In this document: one piece after another, positions 28,801-41,818 of the stretch
Layout of the letters: each line of letters starts with the position of its first letter
Numbering within the stretch: position 1 is the stretch's first letter
Source: Azolla caroliniana
Lineage: Eukaryota; Plantae; Polypodiophyta
Length of the DNA: 64,000 nucleotides
Assembly (NCBI GenBank): GCA_043228905.1
Contig: JBHGNT010000035.1
Coordinates: forward strand, 62,001 to 126,000
Reading direction: 5' to 3'
Made by a program: the position numbers and the translations under genes
The notes under the pieces: model-generated
Told to the model about the DNA's origin: nothing
Seen by the model: the letters and a program-made list of their open reading frames with translations, nothing else
The model's database searches: none

Positions 28801-31800
28801 TTGCGGAGTTAGCTTCGATTCGCATGTTTGAACACAGAAATCCAATATCACAGGAGCCAAATATGAACATTTTAATTTACTAACGCGTTGTTCTAAACTC
28901 CCTCCTCAAATTTGCTAATTTCTTCATGTCGCTCGACCTGAGTTTCAAAATCTTGATTTTTTAATTCCATGTCATAGCAAGTGGAGTTAGCTTCGATTCG
29001 CATGTTTAAACACAAAAATCCGATATCACCCGAGCTAGGTATGAACATTTTAATTTGCCTACTTGCTCTTGTCAACTCCCGCCTAAAATTTGCTAATTTC
29101 TTCATGTCTCTGGACTTGAGTTTCAAAATCTTGATTTTTTAATTCTATATCATAGCTAGCTTTGTTAGCTTCGATTCGCATGTTTGAACACAAAAATCCG
29201 ATATCACACGAGCCAGGTAGGAACATTTTAATTTACTCAAGAGCTCTTGTCAACTCCCACCTAAAATTTGCTAATTTCTTCATGTCTGTCGACCTGAGTT
29301 TCAAAATCTACATTTTTTAATTCCATATGATAGCAAGCGTTGTTAGCTTCCATTCGCATGTTTGAACACAGGAATCCAATATCACAGGAGCCAGATATGA
29401 ACATTTTAATTTACCTACTTACTCTTGTCAACTCTCGCCTCAAATTTGCTAATCTCTTCATGTCTCTCGACCCGAGTTTCAAAATCTTGATTTTTTAATT
29501 CTATATCATAGCTAGCTTTGTTAGCTTCGATTCGCATGTTTGAACACAAAAATCCGATATCACACGACCTAGGTATGAACATTTTAATTTACCTACTTGC
29601 TCTTGTCAACTCCCGCCTCAAATTTGCTAATTTCTTCATGTCTCTCGACCTGAGTTTCTAAATCTTGATTTTTTAATTCTATATCATAGCTAGCTTTGTT
29701 AGCTTCGATTCGCATGTTTGAACACAAAAATCCGATATAACACGAGCTAAGTATCAACATTTTAATTTACTAACGCGCTCTTGTCAACTCCCGCCTCAAA
29801 TCTGGTAATTTCATCATGTCTCTCGACGTGAGTTTCAGAATCTTAGTTTTTTAATTCCATATCATAGGAAGCGTTGTTAGCTTCGATTGGCATGTTTGAA
29901 CACAAAAATTCGATATCGCACGAGCTAGGTACGAACATTTTAATTTACCTACTTGCTCTTGTCAACTTACGCCTCAAATTTGCTAATTTCTTCATGTCTC
30001 TCGACCTGAGTGTCAAAATCTTAATTTTTTAATTCCATATCATAGCAAGCGTTGTTAGCTTCGATTCGCGTGTTTCACCACATAATTTCGATATCACACG
30101 ACCTAGGTATGAACATTTTAATTTACCTACTTGCTGTTGTCAACTCCCACCTCAATTTGCTAATTTCTTCATGTCTCTCGACCTAAGTTTCAAAATCTTG
30201 ATTTTTTAATTCCATATCATAGCAAGCGTTGTTAGCTTTGATTCGCATGTTTCACCACAGAATCCCGATATAACACGACCCAGGTATGAACATTTTAATT
30301 TACTAACGCGCTCTTGTCAACTCCCGCCTAAAATTTGCTAATTTCTTCATGTATCTCGACCTAAGTTTCAAAATCTTGATTTTTTAATTCCATATCATAG
30401 CAAGCGTTGTTAGCTTCGATTCGCATGTTTCACCATAGAATTCGGATATCACACGCCCCGGGTATGAACATTTTAATTTACCTACTTACTCTTGTCAACT
30501 CCCGCCTCAAATTTGCTAATTTCTTCATGTCTCTCGACCTGAGTTTTTAAATCTTGATTTTATTAATTCCATATCATAGCAAACGTTGTTAGCTTCGATT
30601 CGAATGTTTGAACACAAAAATCCGATATCACAGGACCCAGATATGAACATTTTAATTTACTAACGCGCTCTTGTCAGCTCCCGCCTCAAATTTGCTAATT
30701 TCTTCATGTCTCTCGACCTGAGTTTCAAAATCTTGATTTTTTAATTCCATATCATAGCAAGCGTTGTTAGCTTCGATTCGCATGTTTCAACACAGAAATC
30801 CAATATCACAGGAGCCAAATATGAACATTTTAATTTACTAACGCGTTGTTCTAAACTCCCTCCTCAAATTTGCTAATTTCTTCATGTCTCTCGACCTGAG
30901 TTTCAAAATCTTGATTTTTTAATTCCATATTATAGCTAGCTTTGTTAGCTTTGATTCGCATGTTTGAACACAAAAATCCGATATCACACGACCCAGGTAT
31001 GAACATTTTAATTTACGAATGCGCTCTTGTCAACTCCCGCCTAAAATTTGCTAATTTCTTCATGTCTCTCGACCTGAGTTTCAAAATCTTCATTTTTTAA
31101 TTCCATATCATAGCAAGCGTTGTTAGCTTTGATTCGAATGTTTGAACACAAAAATCCGATATCACAGGACCCAGATATGAACATTTTAATTTACTAACGC
31201 GCTCTTGTCAGCTCCCGCCTCAAATTTGCTAATTTCTACATGTCTCTCGACCTGAGTTTCAAAATCTTTATTTTTTAATTCCATATCATAGCAAGCGGAG
31301 TTAGCCTCGATTCGCATGTTTAAACACAGAAATCCAATATCACAGGAGCCAAGTATGAACATTTTAATTTACTAACGCGTTGTTCTAAACTCCCTCCTCA
31401 AATTTGCTAATTTCTTCATGTCTCTCGACGTGAGTTTCAAAATATTGATTTTTTAATTCCATATCAGAGCTAGCGTTGTTAGCTTCGATTCGCATGTTTG
31501 AACACAGAAATCCAATATCACTGAAGCCAAATATGAACATTTTAATTTACTAACGCGTTGTTCTACACTCCCTCCTCAAATTTGCTAATTTCTTCATGTC
31601 TCTCGACCTGAGTTTCAAAATCTTGATTTTTTAATTCCATATCATAGCTAGCTTTGTTAGCTTCGATTCGCATGTTTGAACACAAAAATCCAAAAATTTA
31701 CGAACGCGCTCTTGTTAACTCCCGGCTAAAATTTGCTAATTTCTTGATGTCTCTCGACCTGAGATTTAAAATCTGGATTTTTTAATTCCATATGATAGCA

Positions 31801-34800
31801 AGCGTTGTTAGCTTCCATTCGCATGTTTGAACACAGGAATCCAATATCACAGGAGCCAGATATGAACATTTTAATTTACCTACTTACTTTTGTCAACTCC
31901 CTCCTCAAATTTGCTAATTTCTTTATGTCTCTCGACCTGAGTTTCAAAATATTGATTTTTTAATTCCATATCATAGCTAGCTTTGTTAGCTTCGATTCGC
32001 ATGTTTGAACACAAAAATCCGATATCACACGAGCTAGGTATGAACATTTTAATTTACGAATGCGCTCTTGTCAACTCCCGCCTAAAATTTGCTAATTTCT
32101 TCATGTCTGTCGACCTAAGTTTCAAAATCTTGATTTTTTAATTCCATATCATAGCAAGCGTTGTTAGCTTCGATTCGCATGTTTCACCACAGAATTCGGA
32201 TATCACACGACCCGGGTATGAACATTTTAATTTACCTACTTGCTCTTGTCAACTCCCGCCTCAAATTTGCTAATTTCTTCATGTCTCTCGACCTGAGTTT
32301 CAAAATCTTGATTTTTTAATTCCATATCATAGCAAACGTTGTTAGCTTCGATTCGCATGTTTGAACACAGAAATCCGATATCACAGGAGCCAGATAGGAA
32401 CATTTTAATTTACTAACGCGCTCTTGTCAACTCCCGCTTAAAATTTGCTAATTTCTTCATGTCTCTCGACCGAAGTTCCAAAATCTTAATTTTTTAATTC
32501 CATATCATAGCAAGCGTTGTGAGCTTCGATTCGCATGTTTCACCACAGAATTCCGATATCACACGACCCAGGTATGAACATTTGAATTTACCTACTTGCT
32601 CTTGTCAACTCCCGCCTCAATTTGCTAATTTCTTCATGTCTCTCGACCTGAGTTTCAAAATCTTTATTTTTTAATTCCATATCATAGCAAGCGTTGTTAG
32701 CTTTGATTCGAATGTTTGAACACAAAAATCCGATATCACAGCAGCCAGATATGAACATTTTAATTTACTAACGCGCTCTTGTCAGCTCCCGCCTCAAATT
32801 TGCTAATTTCTTTATGTCTCTCGACCTGACTTTCAAAATCTTGATTTACCTAGTTTTGAACACAGAAATCCTATATCACACGATCTAGGTATGAACATTT
32901 AAATTTACCTAGTTGCTCTTGTCAACTCCCGCCTCAAATTTGCTAATTTCTTCATTTCTCTCGACCTGAGTTTCAAAATCCTGATTTTTTAATTCTATAT
33001 CATAGCTAGCTTTGTTAGCTTCGATTCGCATGTTTGAACACAAAAATCTGATATAACACGTGCCAGTTATGAACATTTTAATTTACCTACTTGCTCTTGT
33101 CAACTCCCGCCTCAAACTTGCTAATTTCGTCATGTCTCTCGACCTTAGTGTCAAAATCTTAATTTTTTAATTCCATATCATAGCAAGCGTTGTTAGCTTT
33201 GATTCGCATGTTTCACCACATAATTTCGATATCACACGACCCAGGTATGAACATTTTAATTTACCTACTTGCTCTTGTCAACTCCCGCCTCAAATTTGCT
33301 AATTTCTTCATGTCTCTCGACCTAAGTTTCAAAATCTTGATTTTTTAATTCCATATCATAGCAAGCGTTGTTAGCTTCGATTCGCATGTTTCACCACAGA
33401 ATCCCGATATCACACGACCCAGGTATGAACATTTTAATTTACCTACTTGCTCTTGTCAACTCCCGCCTCAAATTTGCTAATTTCTTCATGTCTCTCGACG
33501 TGAGTTTCGAAATATTGATTTTTTAATTCCATATCATAGCTAGCTTTGTTAGCTTCGATTCGCATGTTTGAACACAAAAATCCGATATCACACGAGCCAG
33601 GTATAAACATTTTAATTTACTAACGCGCTCTTGTCAACTCCCGCCTAAAATTTGCTAATTTCTTCATGTCTCTCGACGTGAGTTTCAAAATCTGGATTTT
33701 TTAATTCCATATGATAGCAAGCGTTGTTAGCTTCCATTCGCATGTTTGAACACAGGAATCCAATATCACCGGAGCCAGATATGAACATTTTAATTTACCT
33801 ACTTACTCTTGTCAACTCCCGCCTCAATTTGCTAATTTCATCATGTCTCTCGACCTGAGTTTCAAAATCTTGATTTGTTAATTCTATATCATAGCAAGCG
33901 TTCTTAGCTTCGATTCGCATGTTTGAAAACAAAAATCGGATATCACACGAGCCAGGTATGAACATTTTAATTTACCTATTTGCTCTTATCAACTCCCTCC
34001 TCAAATTTGCTAATTTCTTCATGTCTCTCGACCTGAGTTTCAAAATCTTGATTTTTTAATTCCATATCATAGCTAGCTTTGTTAGCTTCGATTCGCATGT
34101 TTGAACACAAAAATCCAAAAATTTACGAAAGCGCTCTTGTTAACTCCCGGCTAAAATTTGCTAATTTCTTGATGTCTCTCGACCTGAGATTTAAAATCTG
34201 GATTTTTTAATTCCATATGATAGCAAGCGTTGTTAGCTTCCATTCGCATGTTTGAACACAGGAATCCAATATCACAGGAGCCAGATATGAACATTTTAAT
34301 TTACCTACTTAATTTTGTCAACTCCCTCCTCAAATTTGCTAATTTCTTTATGTCTCTCGACCTGAGTTTCAAAATCTTGATTTTTTAATTTTATATCATA
34401 GCTAGCTTTGTTAGCTTCGATTAGCATGTTTGAACACAAAAATCCGATATCACACGAGCCAGGTATGAACATTTTAATTTACCTACTTGCTCTTGTCAAC
34501 TCCCGCCTCAAATTTGCTAATTTCTTCATGTCTGTCGACCTGAGTTTCGAAATCTTAATTTTTTAAATCCAGATCATAGCAAACGTTGTTAGCTTCGATT
34601 CGCATGTTTCACCACATAATTTCGATATCACACGACCCAGGTATGAACATTTTAATCTACCTACTTGCTGTTGTCAACTCCCGCCTCAAATTTGCTAATT
34701 TCTTCATGTCTCTCGACCTAAGTTTCAAAATCTTGATTTTTTAATTCCATATGATAGCAAGCGTTGTTAGCTTCCATTTGCATGTTTGAACACAGGAATC

Positions 34801-36537
34801 CAATATCACCGGATCCAGATATGAACATTTTAATTTACCTACTTACTCTTGTCAACTCCCGCCTCAAATTTGCTAATTTCATCATGTCTCTCGACCTGAG
34901 TCTCAAAATCTTGGTTTGTTAATTCTATATCATAGCAAGCGTTCTTAGCTTCGATTCGCATGTTTGAACACAAAAATCCGATATCATACGAGCCAGGTAT
35001 GAACATTTTAATTTACCTACTTGCTCTTATCAACTCCCGCCTCAAATTTGCTAATTTCTTCATGTCTCCCGACCTGAGTTTGAAAATCTTGATTTTTTAA
35101 TTCCATATCATAGCAAGCGGAGTTAGCTTCGATTCGCATGTTTGAACAAAAAAATCCAATATCACACGACCTAGGTATGAACATTTTAATTTACCTACTT
35201 GCTCTTGTCAACTCCCGCCTCAAATTTGCTAATTTCTTCATGTCTCTCGACCTGAGTTTCAAAATCTTGAATTTTTAATTCCATATCATAGCAAACAATG
35301 TTAGCTTTGATTCGCTTGTTTGAACACAGAAATCCGATATCACAGGAGCCAGGTATGAACATTTTAATTTACCTAGTTGCTCTTGTCAGCTCCCGCCTCA
35401 AATTTGCTAATTTCTTCATGTCTCTCGACCTGAGTTTCAAAATCTTTATTTTTTAATTCCATATCATAGCAAGCGGAGTTAGCCTCGATTCGCATGTTTG
35501 AACACAGAAATCCAATATCACAGGAGCCAAGTATGAACATTTTAATTTACTAACGCGTTGTTCTAAACTCCCTCCTCAAATTTGCTAATTTCTTCATGTC
35601 TCTCGACGTGAGTTTCAAAATATTGATTTTTTAATTCCATATCAGAGCTAGCGTTGTTAGCTTCGATTCGCATGTTTGAACACAGAAATCCAATATCACT
35701 GAAGCCAAATATGAACATTTTAATTTACTAACGCGTTGTTCTACACTCCCTCCTCAAATTTGCTAATTTCTTCATGTCTCTCGACCTGAGTTTCAAAATC
35801 TTGATTTTTTAATTCCATATCATAGCTAGCTTTGTTAGCTTCGATTCGCATGTTTGAACACAAAAATCCGATATCACACGACCCAGGTATGAACATTTTA
35901 ATTTACCTACTTGCTCTTGTCAACTCCCGCCTCAAATTTGCTAATTTCTTCATGTCTCTCGACCTGAGTTTCAAAATCTTGATTTTGTAATTCCATATCA
36001 TAGCAAGCGTTGTTAGCTTCGATTCGCATGTTTCACCACAGAATCCCGATATCACACGACCCAGGTATGAACATTTTAATTTACCTACTTGCTCTTGTCA
36101 ACTCCCGCCTCTAATTTGCTAATTTCTTCATGTCTCTCGACCTGAGTTTCAAAATCTTGATTTTTTAATTCCATATCATAGCAAACGTTGTTAGCTTTGA
36201 TTCGAATGTTTGAACACAGAAATCCGATATCACAGGAGCCAGATATGAACATTTTAATTTACTAACGCGCTCTTGTCAACGCCTGGCTCAAATTTGCTAA
36301 TTTCTTCATGTCTCTCGACCTGAGTTTCAAAATCTTTATTTTTTAATTCCATATCATAGCAAGCGGAGTTAGGTTCGATTCGCATGTTTGAACACAGAAA
36401 TCCAATATCACAGGAGCCAAATATGAACATTTTAATTTACTAACGCGTTGTTCTAAACTCCCTCCTCAAATTTGCTAATTTCTTCATGTCTCTCGACGTG
36501 AGTTTCAAAATATTGATTTTTTAATTCGATATCAGAG
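25851..36537 (+). repeat. 178-bp satellite, subfamily B (left of copia)
   Basis: Same monomer backbone with different diagnostic variants: CTTGCTCTTGTCAACTCCCGCCTC, TAACGCGCTC, ATAGCAAGCG, TTTCACCACAG. A 7-mer duplication is present (satellite ORFs at 27647 and 28893 are 1246 bp = 7x178 apart). Confidence 0.93.
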
Positions 36538-37149
36538 TGTTGGGAATCAGCGCTTCGATTCACCTTCACGACTCGGCCACAACCGAGTAATCGCGAATCA
36601 ATGCAGCAGAAAATAGGAACCACAGAGAGAAACACACGTATACACAGGGATTAATGTGGAAAACCCTAGATGGGAAAAACCACGGGAGTACGAGACTCCA
36701 AACCAACACTATACAAAGAGAAGTACACAATGGCGAGCTGCAAGGCGACGACCTTGAGCTCGCTGTCCTCGCCACAGGAGGCGGAAATACAAAGAGGCGT
36801 AGTCCTCTTCCTCTCTCACGCTCTATCTCTCTCTCTCTCTCTCACGGCTGCTCCCTCTTCACTCCTCTTGAGTGGAAGAACAGAAAAATGATTAGCAGCT
36901 ACAAAACTATTTGCCCTAAGTCATATTTATACATATATGACTTTGGGGCTATTTACAACTATATCCTCAGGGGCCCTTAGCAGACATATTCACGGATATG
37001 TCCCTGCATCCGGATCTCTCTCCGGGTACATTCGTCATCCGGCTCCGAAGTCGGGGTCTTCATCATCCGGTTCCGAAACCGAAACCGGGTTGGTCGGCAT
37101 TCATCTCCGATATCCGACCATCCCATCCGAAGGGACCGTAATCCCAACA
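36538..37149 (-). repeat. Copia 3' LTR (612 bp, complete)
   Basis: TGTTGGGA...TCCCAACA terminal inverted repeats; direct repeat of 41267-41818; contains a (TC)n tract at ~36826-36843. Confidence 0.95.
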
Positions 37150-37162
37150 AACTCCCCCTTCA
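37150..37162 (-). other. Copia polypurine tract
   Basis: The minus strand reads TGA-AGGGGGAG-TT directly before the TG of the 3' LTR, abutting the pol stop codon. Confidence 0.9.
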
Positions 37163-40100
37163 CTTCGGCATGGGATGTATTTCCAATCTGATCCTCTTCC
37201 GGCATGCTTCCAGCTTGTCGGGTGTGAGCACCTTGGTCAGCATATCCGACCCGTTCTCGTCCGTGTGGATCTTCGTCAGCACGAACTCCTTGTCTTCTAT
37301 CCTTTCCCGGATCCAGTGATATCTTCGCTGGATGTGCTTCGTCCGGGAGTGATAGGCCGCGTTCTTCGCAAGGTGGATTGCACTCTGACTGTCGCAGTAG
37401 AGTCGGTACTCCTCCTGCCGGATACCGAGCTCTCTAATGAAGTCCTTCATCCATATTATTTACTTGCCGGCTTCAACAACCGCCATGTACTCCGCCTCCG
37501 TGGTTGACAACGCAACCGTCTTCTGCAGCCTCAACTGCCACGAAACGGCTCCCCCTGCATACGTCATCACATACCCTGATGTGGACCGGCTGGTATCTGC
37601 ATCAGCCGACATATCCGAATCGGTGAAGCCGTCGAGTTCGGGCTTACCGGAGCCGAATCGGAGGCACACGTTTGCCGTGCCCTTCAGGTATCGGAGTATC
37701 CACTTGGCCGCGTTCCAATGCTCTTTGCCGGGATTGCTCATGTACCGGCTCACCACTCCGACTGCATATCCGATGTCCGGTCTCGTACACACCATGGCAT
37801 ACATCAAGCTCCCGACGGCTGAGGCATACGGCACTTTCATCATATCCTCCTTTTCAGCCTTTGTCTTGGGACTTTGCTTGCTGGACAGCTTGCAGTTTGC
37901 CGGGAGGGTCGATCCGACCGGTCTTGCTTCCGACATGTTGAACCGTTTAAGCACCTTTGTCACGTACTTCTCTTGTGACAGCCACAACTGCTTCTTGCTC
38001 CGGTCCCGGATGATGTGCATCCCTAGTATTTGTCTCGCCGGACCCAAGTCCTTCATTGAGAAGGTTCGGTGAAGAGCCTTCTTCAGCATCCGTATCTTGA
38101 CCTGGTCCCGTCCGACGATCAACATGTCGTCCACGTACAGGAGGAGTATTAGAAAGTCTCCTCCTTCGAACTTCTTCACAAACACGCAGTGGTCGGACTG
38201 CGTTTTGAGGTACCCTTCGTCGGTCATGAAGGAGTCGAACTTCCGGTACCATTGCCGGGGGGCCTGCTTCAGTCCGTAGAGGCTCTTCTTCAACCGGCAT
38301 ACCAGGTGCTCCTTCCCTTTCTTCTCGAATCCTTCCGGTTGCTGCATGTAGATCTCTTCTTCAAGGTCACCGTGAAGGAATGCCGTCTTCACGTCCATCT
38401 GTTCTACCTCGAGGTCCATGCTTGCCGCTATGCTCAGCACCGTCCGGATGGAGGTCATCTTCACTACCGGGGCAAATATCTCGTCGAAGTCGACGCCCTT
38501 CTTCTGCTGAAACCCCTTCACCACGATCCTGGCTTTGTATCTCGGGGGGTTTCCGGCATCTCCCGGTTTCAGCTTGAACACCCACTTGTTTCGAAGTGCC
38601 CGCTTTCCTTTCGGCAACTCCACAAGTTCATATGTGTGGTTCTCATGCAGGGAATCCATCTCGTCCTGCATGGCACTCAACCACCTGCGGCTCTGGGTGT
38701 CATGATTTGCTTCTTCAAAGCTCTCCGGCTCCCCTTCGTCGGTTAGCAGCACGTGCTCTGGATCCGGAAATCTCCGGGGGGCCCTCCTCTCTCTTAGAGG
38801 ATATCTCCGTTCGGGAGCTTCGGTAACAGGTTCTTCCGATTCTTCTTCTTCATCCGAATCCATTTCGGGATCGGGGCCGGTTCCGGTATCATTTTCATCT
38901 TCTTCGGCCGGTTCTGTTTCTTCACCGTCTTCGGCCGGATCCTCGAGTGCTAACCGGTCCCTTGCCGGTCGGGACTGCTCCTCGTAGAGTTGATCCTCAC
39001 CGGTCGACTTGGAGCTCTTCATCTTCTTCTCCGACTCCCAATCGGCGAGGGTCTCGTCCTCCATGAAGATGATGTCTCGACTCCTGAATATCTTCTTGTC
39101 GACCGGGTCCCATACTCGGTAGCCGAACTCGTCGTCGCCGTAACCGAGGAATATGCATGGCCGGGTCTTTGGATCTAGCTTTCCTCTCCGGTCCTTTGCC
39201 ACATGCACGTATGCGAGACACCCGAACACCTTCAGATGCCGGTAGGATACTTCCCTACCGGTCCACACTCTCTGCGGCGTGTCTCCGTCCAAAGGTACTA
39301 AGGGTGATCTGTTTATCACATACGTCGCCGTCGACATTGCCTCAGCCCAAAATCCCTTGGGTAATTTCGCATGCGCCAGCATACTCCGGACCCTCTCCAT
39401 TATGGTCCGGTTCATCCTCTCGGCCAGCCCGTTCAGTTCCGGCGTCTTCGGCACAGTAAACTCGAGTCGGATTCCCTTCGAGCGACAGTACTCCGCGAAC
39501 TGCCCCCGGTATTCCCCTCCGTTATCCGCACGTATCGCTTTCAGCTTCTTGCCGGATTCCCTTTCCACTCTCGCGTGGAGTTCTTTGAAGACGCACAACA
39601 CTTGGTCCTTTGTCTTCATCGGTGCCGTCCACAGTTTTCGGCTATGATCATCGATGAATGTTATGAAGTACTGGGCTCCGCCATGTGACTTCGTCTCTAC
39701 CTGACACACGTCAGTGTGCACCAACTCCAATGGTGCGCTACGTCTCGTCGGTGGCCTTGAGTGGAAGGAGGTTCGGTTCTGCTTACCGGCCAGGCAATCG
39801 GTGCACTTCTCCAGGTGCACATGCTTCACTGGGATGAGGTTGTCTTCTGCAAGCCTCTTCATCCCCTTCTCACTCATGTGGCACAGTCTTTTGTGCCACA
39901 GCTCACCGGCAGTGTCGGCTGCCACATTCAACTCTTCCGGACATAACCGGGCATTCATCAGGTACAGTGTGTTGTCTTTCCGGGCCCGAGCCACTATCAG
40001 GCTCCCCTTGCTGAACTTTATTACGCCGTTCCGGATGCTACCTGCGTAGCCTTCATCGTCTAGCCTCCCGACCGAAATCAGGTTCAATCAAACCTCCGGA

Positions 40101-41236
40101 ACGTGTCGGACATCCTTCAGCAGCATTTTGCATCCGGTCGGGGTTGTCAACCACACGTCTCCTATGCCGGCAATCCGGCACGTACCTTCATTTCCCATCC
40201 GAACACAGCCATGCTCACCGGCTGTGTAGGATGAGAAGTATCTTCTCTCCGGGGTCAGGTGGAACGATGCTCCGGAATCGACCACCCAGGTCGTCTCATC
40301 GCCGGCAATGTTTAGTTCACCTTCTTCGGTGATGAGCATGATTTCTTCCTCACTTGCCGCGAGTGCCGTCGTTCCTTTCCGGTCCTGCCCTCGCCGATCC
40401 GAACCTCTCCGGTCCGTGGCTCCCCGGTATGCACCGTTTCTCTCCGGTGACTTCTTCGAATCGGTGTCGTCGGCTCCGTTGTCTTTTCGGTAATGCCGAC
40501 AATTCTTTCGGAAGTGCCCCGGTTTACCACAGTGGAAGCATGTGGGCCTTCCTCTTGACTGCGACCGGGTCCCCGACTTCTCCCGTCTTTGCGGACTCCG
40601 GTTCCATTGTCTTCCCCGATCCGATTCGGTAAGCAGTGCCTTCGAGTCGGAGGCCGGTTCTTTGTCTCTCCGACGCGCTTCTTCGTTCAAAATACTTGTC
40701 TTTACCATTTGTAAGGACAAGTTGTCTTCGGTGCAGGAGGTGCTGAGAGTCACCACCAAGTTCTCCCAGCTTTCCGGCAATGTACACATCAGGATGATGG
40801 CTTGCATTGCATCCTCCAACGGGAACTTGATCGCCGCAAGCTGATTCACGAATCCCATGAACGTGCTTACGTGTTCCACCATACTCTCGCCGTCCCGGTA
40901 CTTGAGATTCACTATCTTCCTCATCAGGGAGGTCCGGTTCAACGCATTCTTCCTCTCATAGAGGCTCGACAGCTTCCGCCACATCTCATATGCGTTGGTG
41001 TCGTTCGCCACATGTTGTAGAACGCTCACGTCGACGTATTGCCGAATGGTTGCAACGGCTTTCCGGTTCAGAAGCCTCCATTCCGACTCAAGTACCCCCT
41101 TCGGTATTTCCGACCTGTCAATCGGTTCGTACAGGTCCCGAACAATCAGAAGATCCTCCATCTCGATCTTCCAGTCGGCGTAATTCTGCGCATTCAGCAC
41201 CATCATCCCCGGCTGCCCGCTGCCGCCGCCTTCCAT
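37160..41236 (-). pseudogene. Copia gag-pol polyprotein (1359 codons including terminal stop; single frame, two premature stops)
   Basis: Zinc knuckle CFHCGKPGHFRKNC; protease WVVDSGAS; LWHKRLCH, DDE integrase and GKLD; RT YVDD; RNase H FTDSD...RTKHI. In-frame stops at 40088-40090 (TGA, probably from CGA in VPEV[R]LNLIS) and 37460-37462 (TAA, probably from GAA in AGK[E]IIWM). No frameshifts. Confidence 0.93.
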
Positions 41237-41251
41237 TTTCTGCAGCAGTTC

Positions 41252-41263
41252 GCTCTGATACCA
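41252..41263 (-). other. Primer-binding site complementary to initiator tRNA-Met
   Basis: TGGTATCAGAGC on the minus strand, 3 nt inside the 5' LTR end; the gag ATG follows 15 nt later. Confidence 0.95.
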
Positions 41264-41266
41264 GTT

Positions 41267-41818
41267 TGTTGGGAATCAGCGCTTCGATTCACCTTCACCA
41301 CTCGGCCACAACCGAGTAATCGCGAATCAATGCAGCAGAAAATAGGAACCACAGAGAGAAACACACGTATACACAGGGATTAACGTGGAAAACCCTAGAT
41401 GGGAAAAACCACGGGAGTACAAGACTCCAAACCAACACTATACAAAGAGAAGTACACAATGGCGAGATGCAAGCAGACGACCTTGAGCTCGCTGTCCTCG
41501 CCACAGGAGGCGGAAATACAAAGAGGCGTAGTCCTCTTCCTCTCTCACGCTCTATCTCTCTCTCTCTCTCTCACGGCTGCTCCCTCTTCACTCCTCTTGA
41601 GTGGAAAAAAAGAAAAATGATTAGCAGCTACAAAACTATTTGCCCTAAGTCATATTTATACATATATGACTTTGGGGCTATTTACAACTATAGCCTCAAG
41701 GGCCCTTAGCAGACATATTCACGGATATGTCCCTCCATCCCGATCTCTCTCTGGGTACATTCGTCATCCGGCTCCGAAGTCGGGGTCTTCATCATCCGGT
41801 TCCGAAACCGAAACCGGG
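41267..41818 (-). repeat. Copia 5' LTR (552 bp; outer 60 bp missing)
   Basis: Collinear with 36538-37089 (13 substitutions by manual count). Ends at ...AAACCGGG and lacks the counterpart of 37090-37149. Confidence 0.92.
41653..41660 (-). promoter_or_regulatory. Putative copia LTR TATA box (TATAAATA)
   Basis: TATTTATA on the + strand; second copy at 36924-36931; position is consistent with the U3/R region. Confidence 0.6.

Larger units (their letters stand above)
36538..41818 (-). mobile_element. Ty1/copia LTR retrotransposon, Tnt1/Tto1 (Tork)-like, 5281 bp
   Basis: Two LTRs, a tRNA-iMet PBS, a PPT, gag-PR-IN-RT-RNaseH domain order, and CAGAG flanks at 36533-36537 and 41819-41823. The satellite monomer resumes in register (ATATCAGAG|CTAGCGTTG). 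The clade call comes from recalled motif similarity. Confidence 0.96.

Noticed and set aside
1-36537. CRISPR-like array
   Set aside because: The units are contiguous homologous monomers with no unique spacers or cas genes, in a eukaryotic context.
165-36635. Many 60-81-aa ORFs in the satellite (also at 42364, 46598 and 61425)
   Set aside because: They are chance open frames of the 178-bp repeat, recur with the repeat period and show no protein motifs.
36550-37115. Satellite derived from the copia LTR (shared GCTTCGATTC and TCCGATATC words)
   Set aside because: Only 9-12-nt matches with no extended collinearity, which is plausible by chance for these lengths.
40085-40093. Programmed stop-codon readthrough between copia gag and pol
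   Set aside because: The TGA lies after the protease active-site region in a conserved VP.[R]LNLIS stretch, lacks a CARYYA context and is best explained as CGA>TGA. A second nonsense codon exists at 37460.
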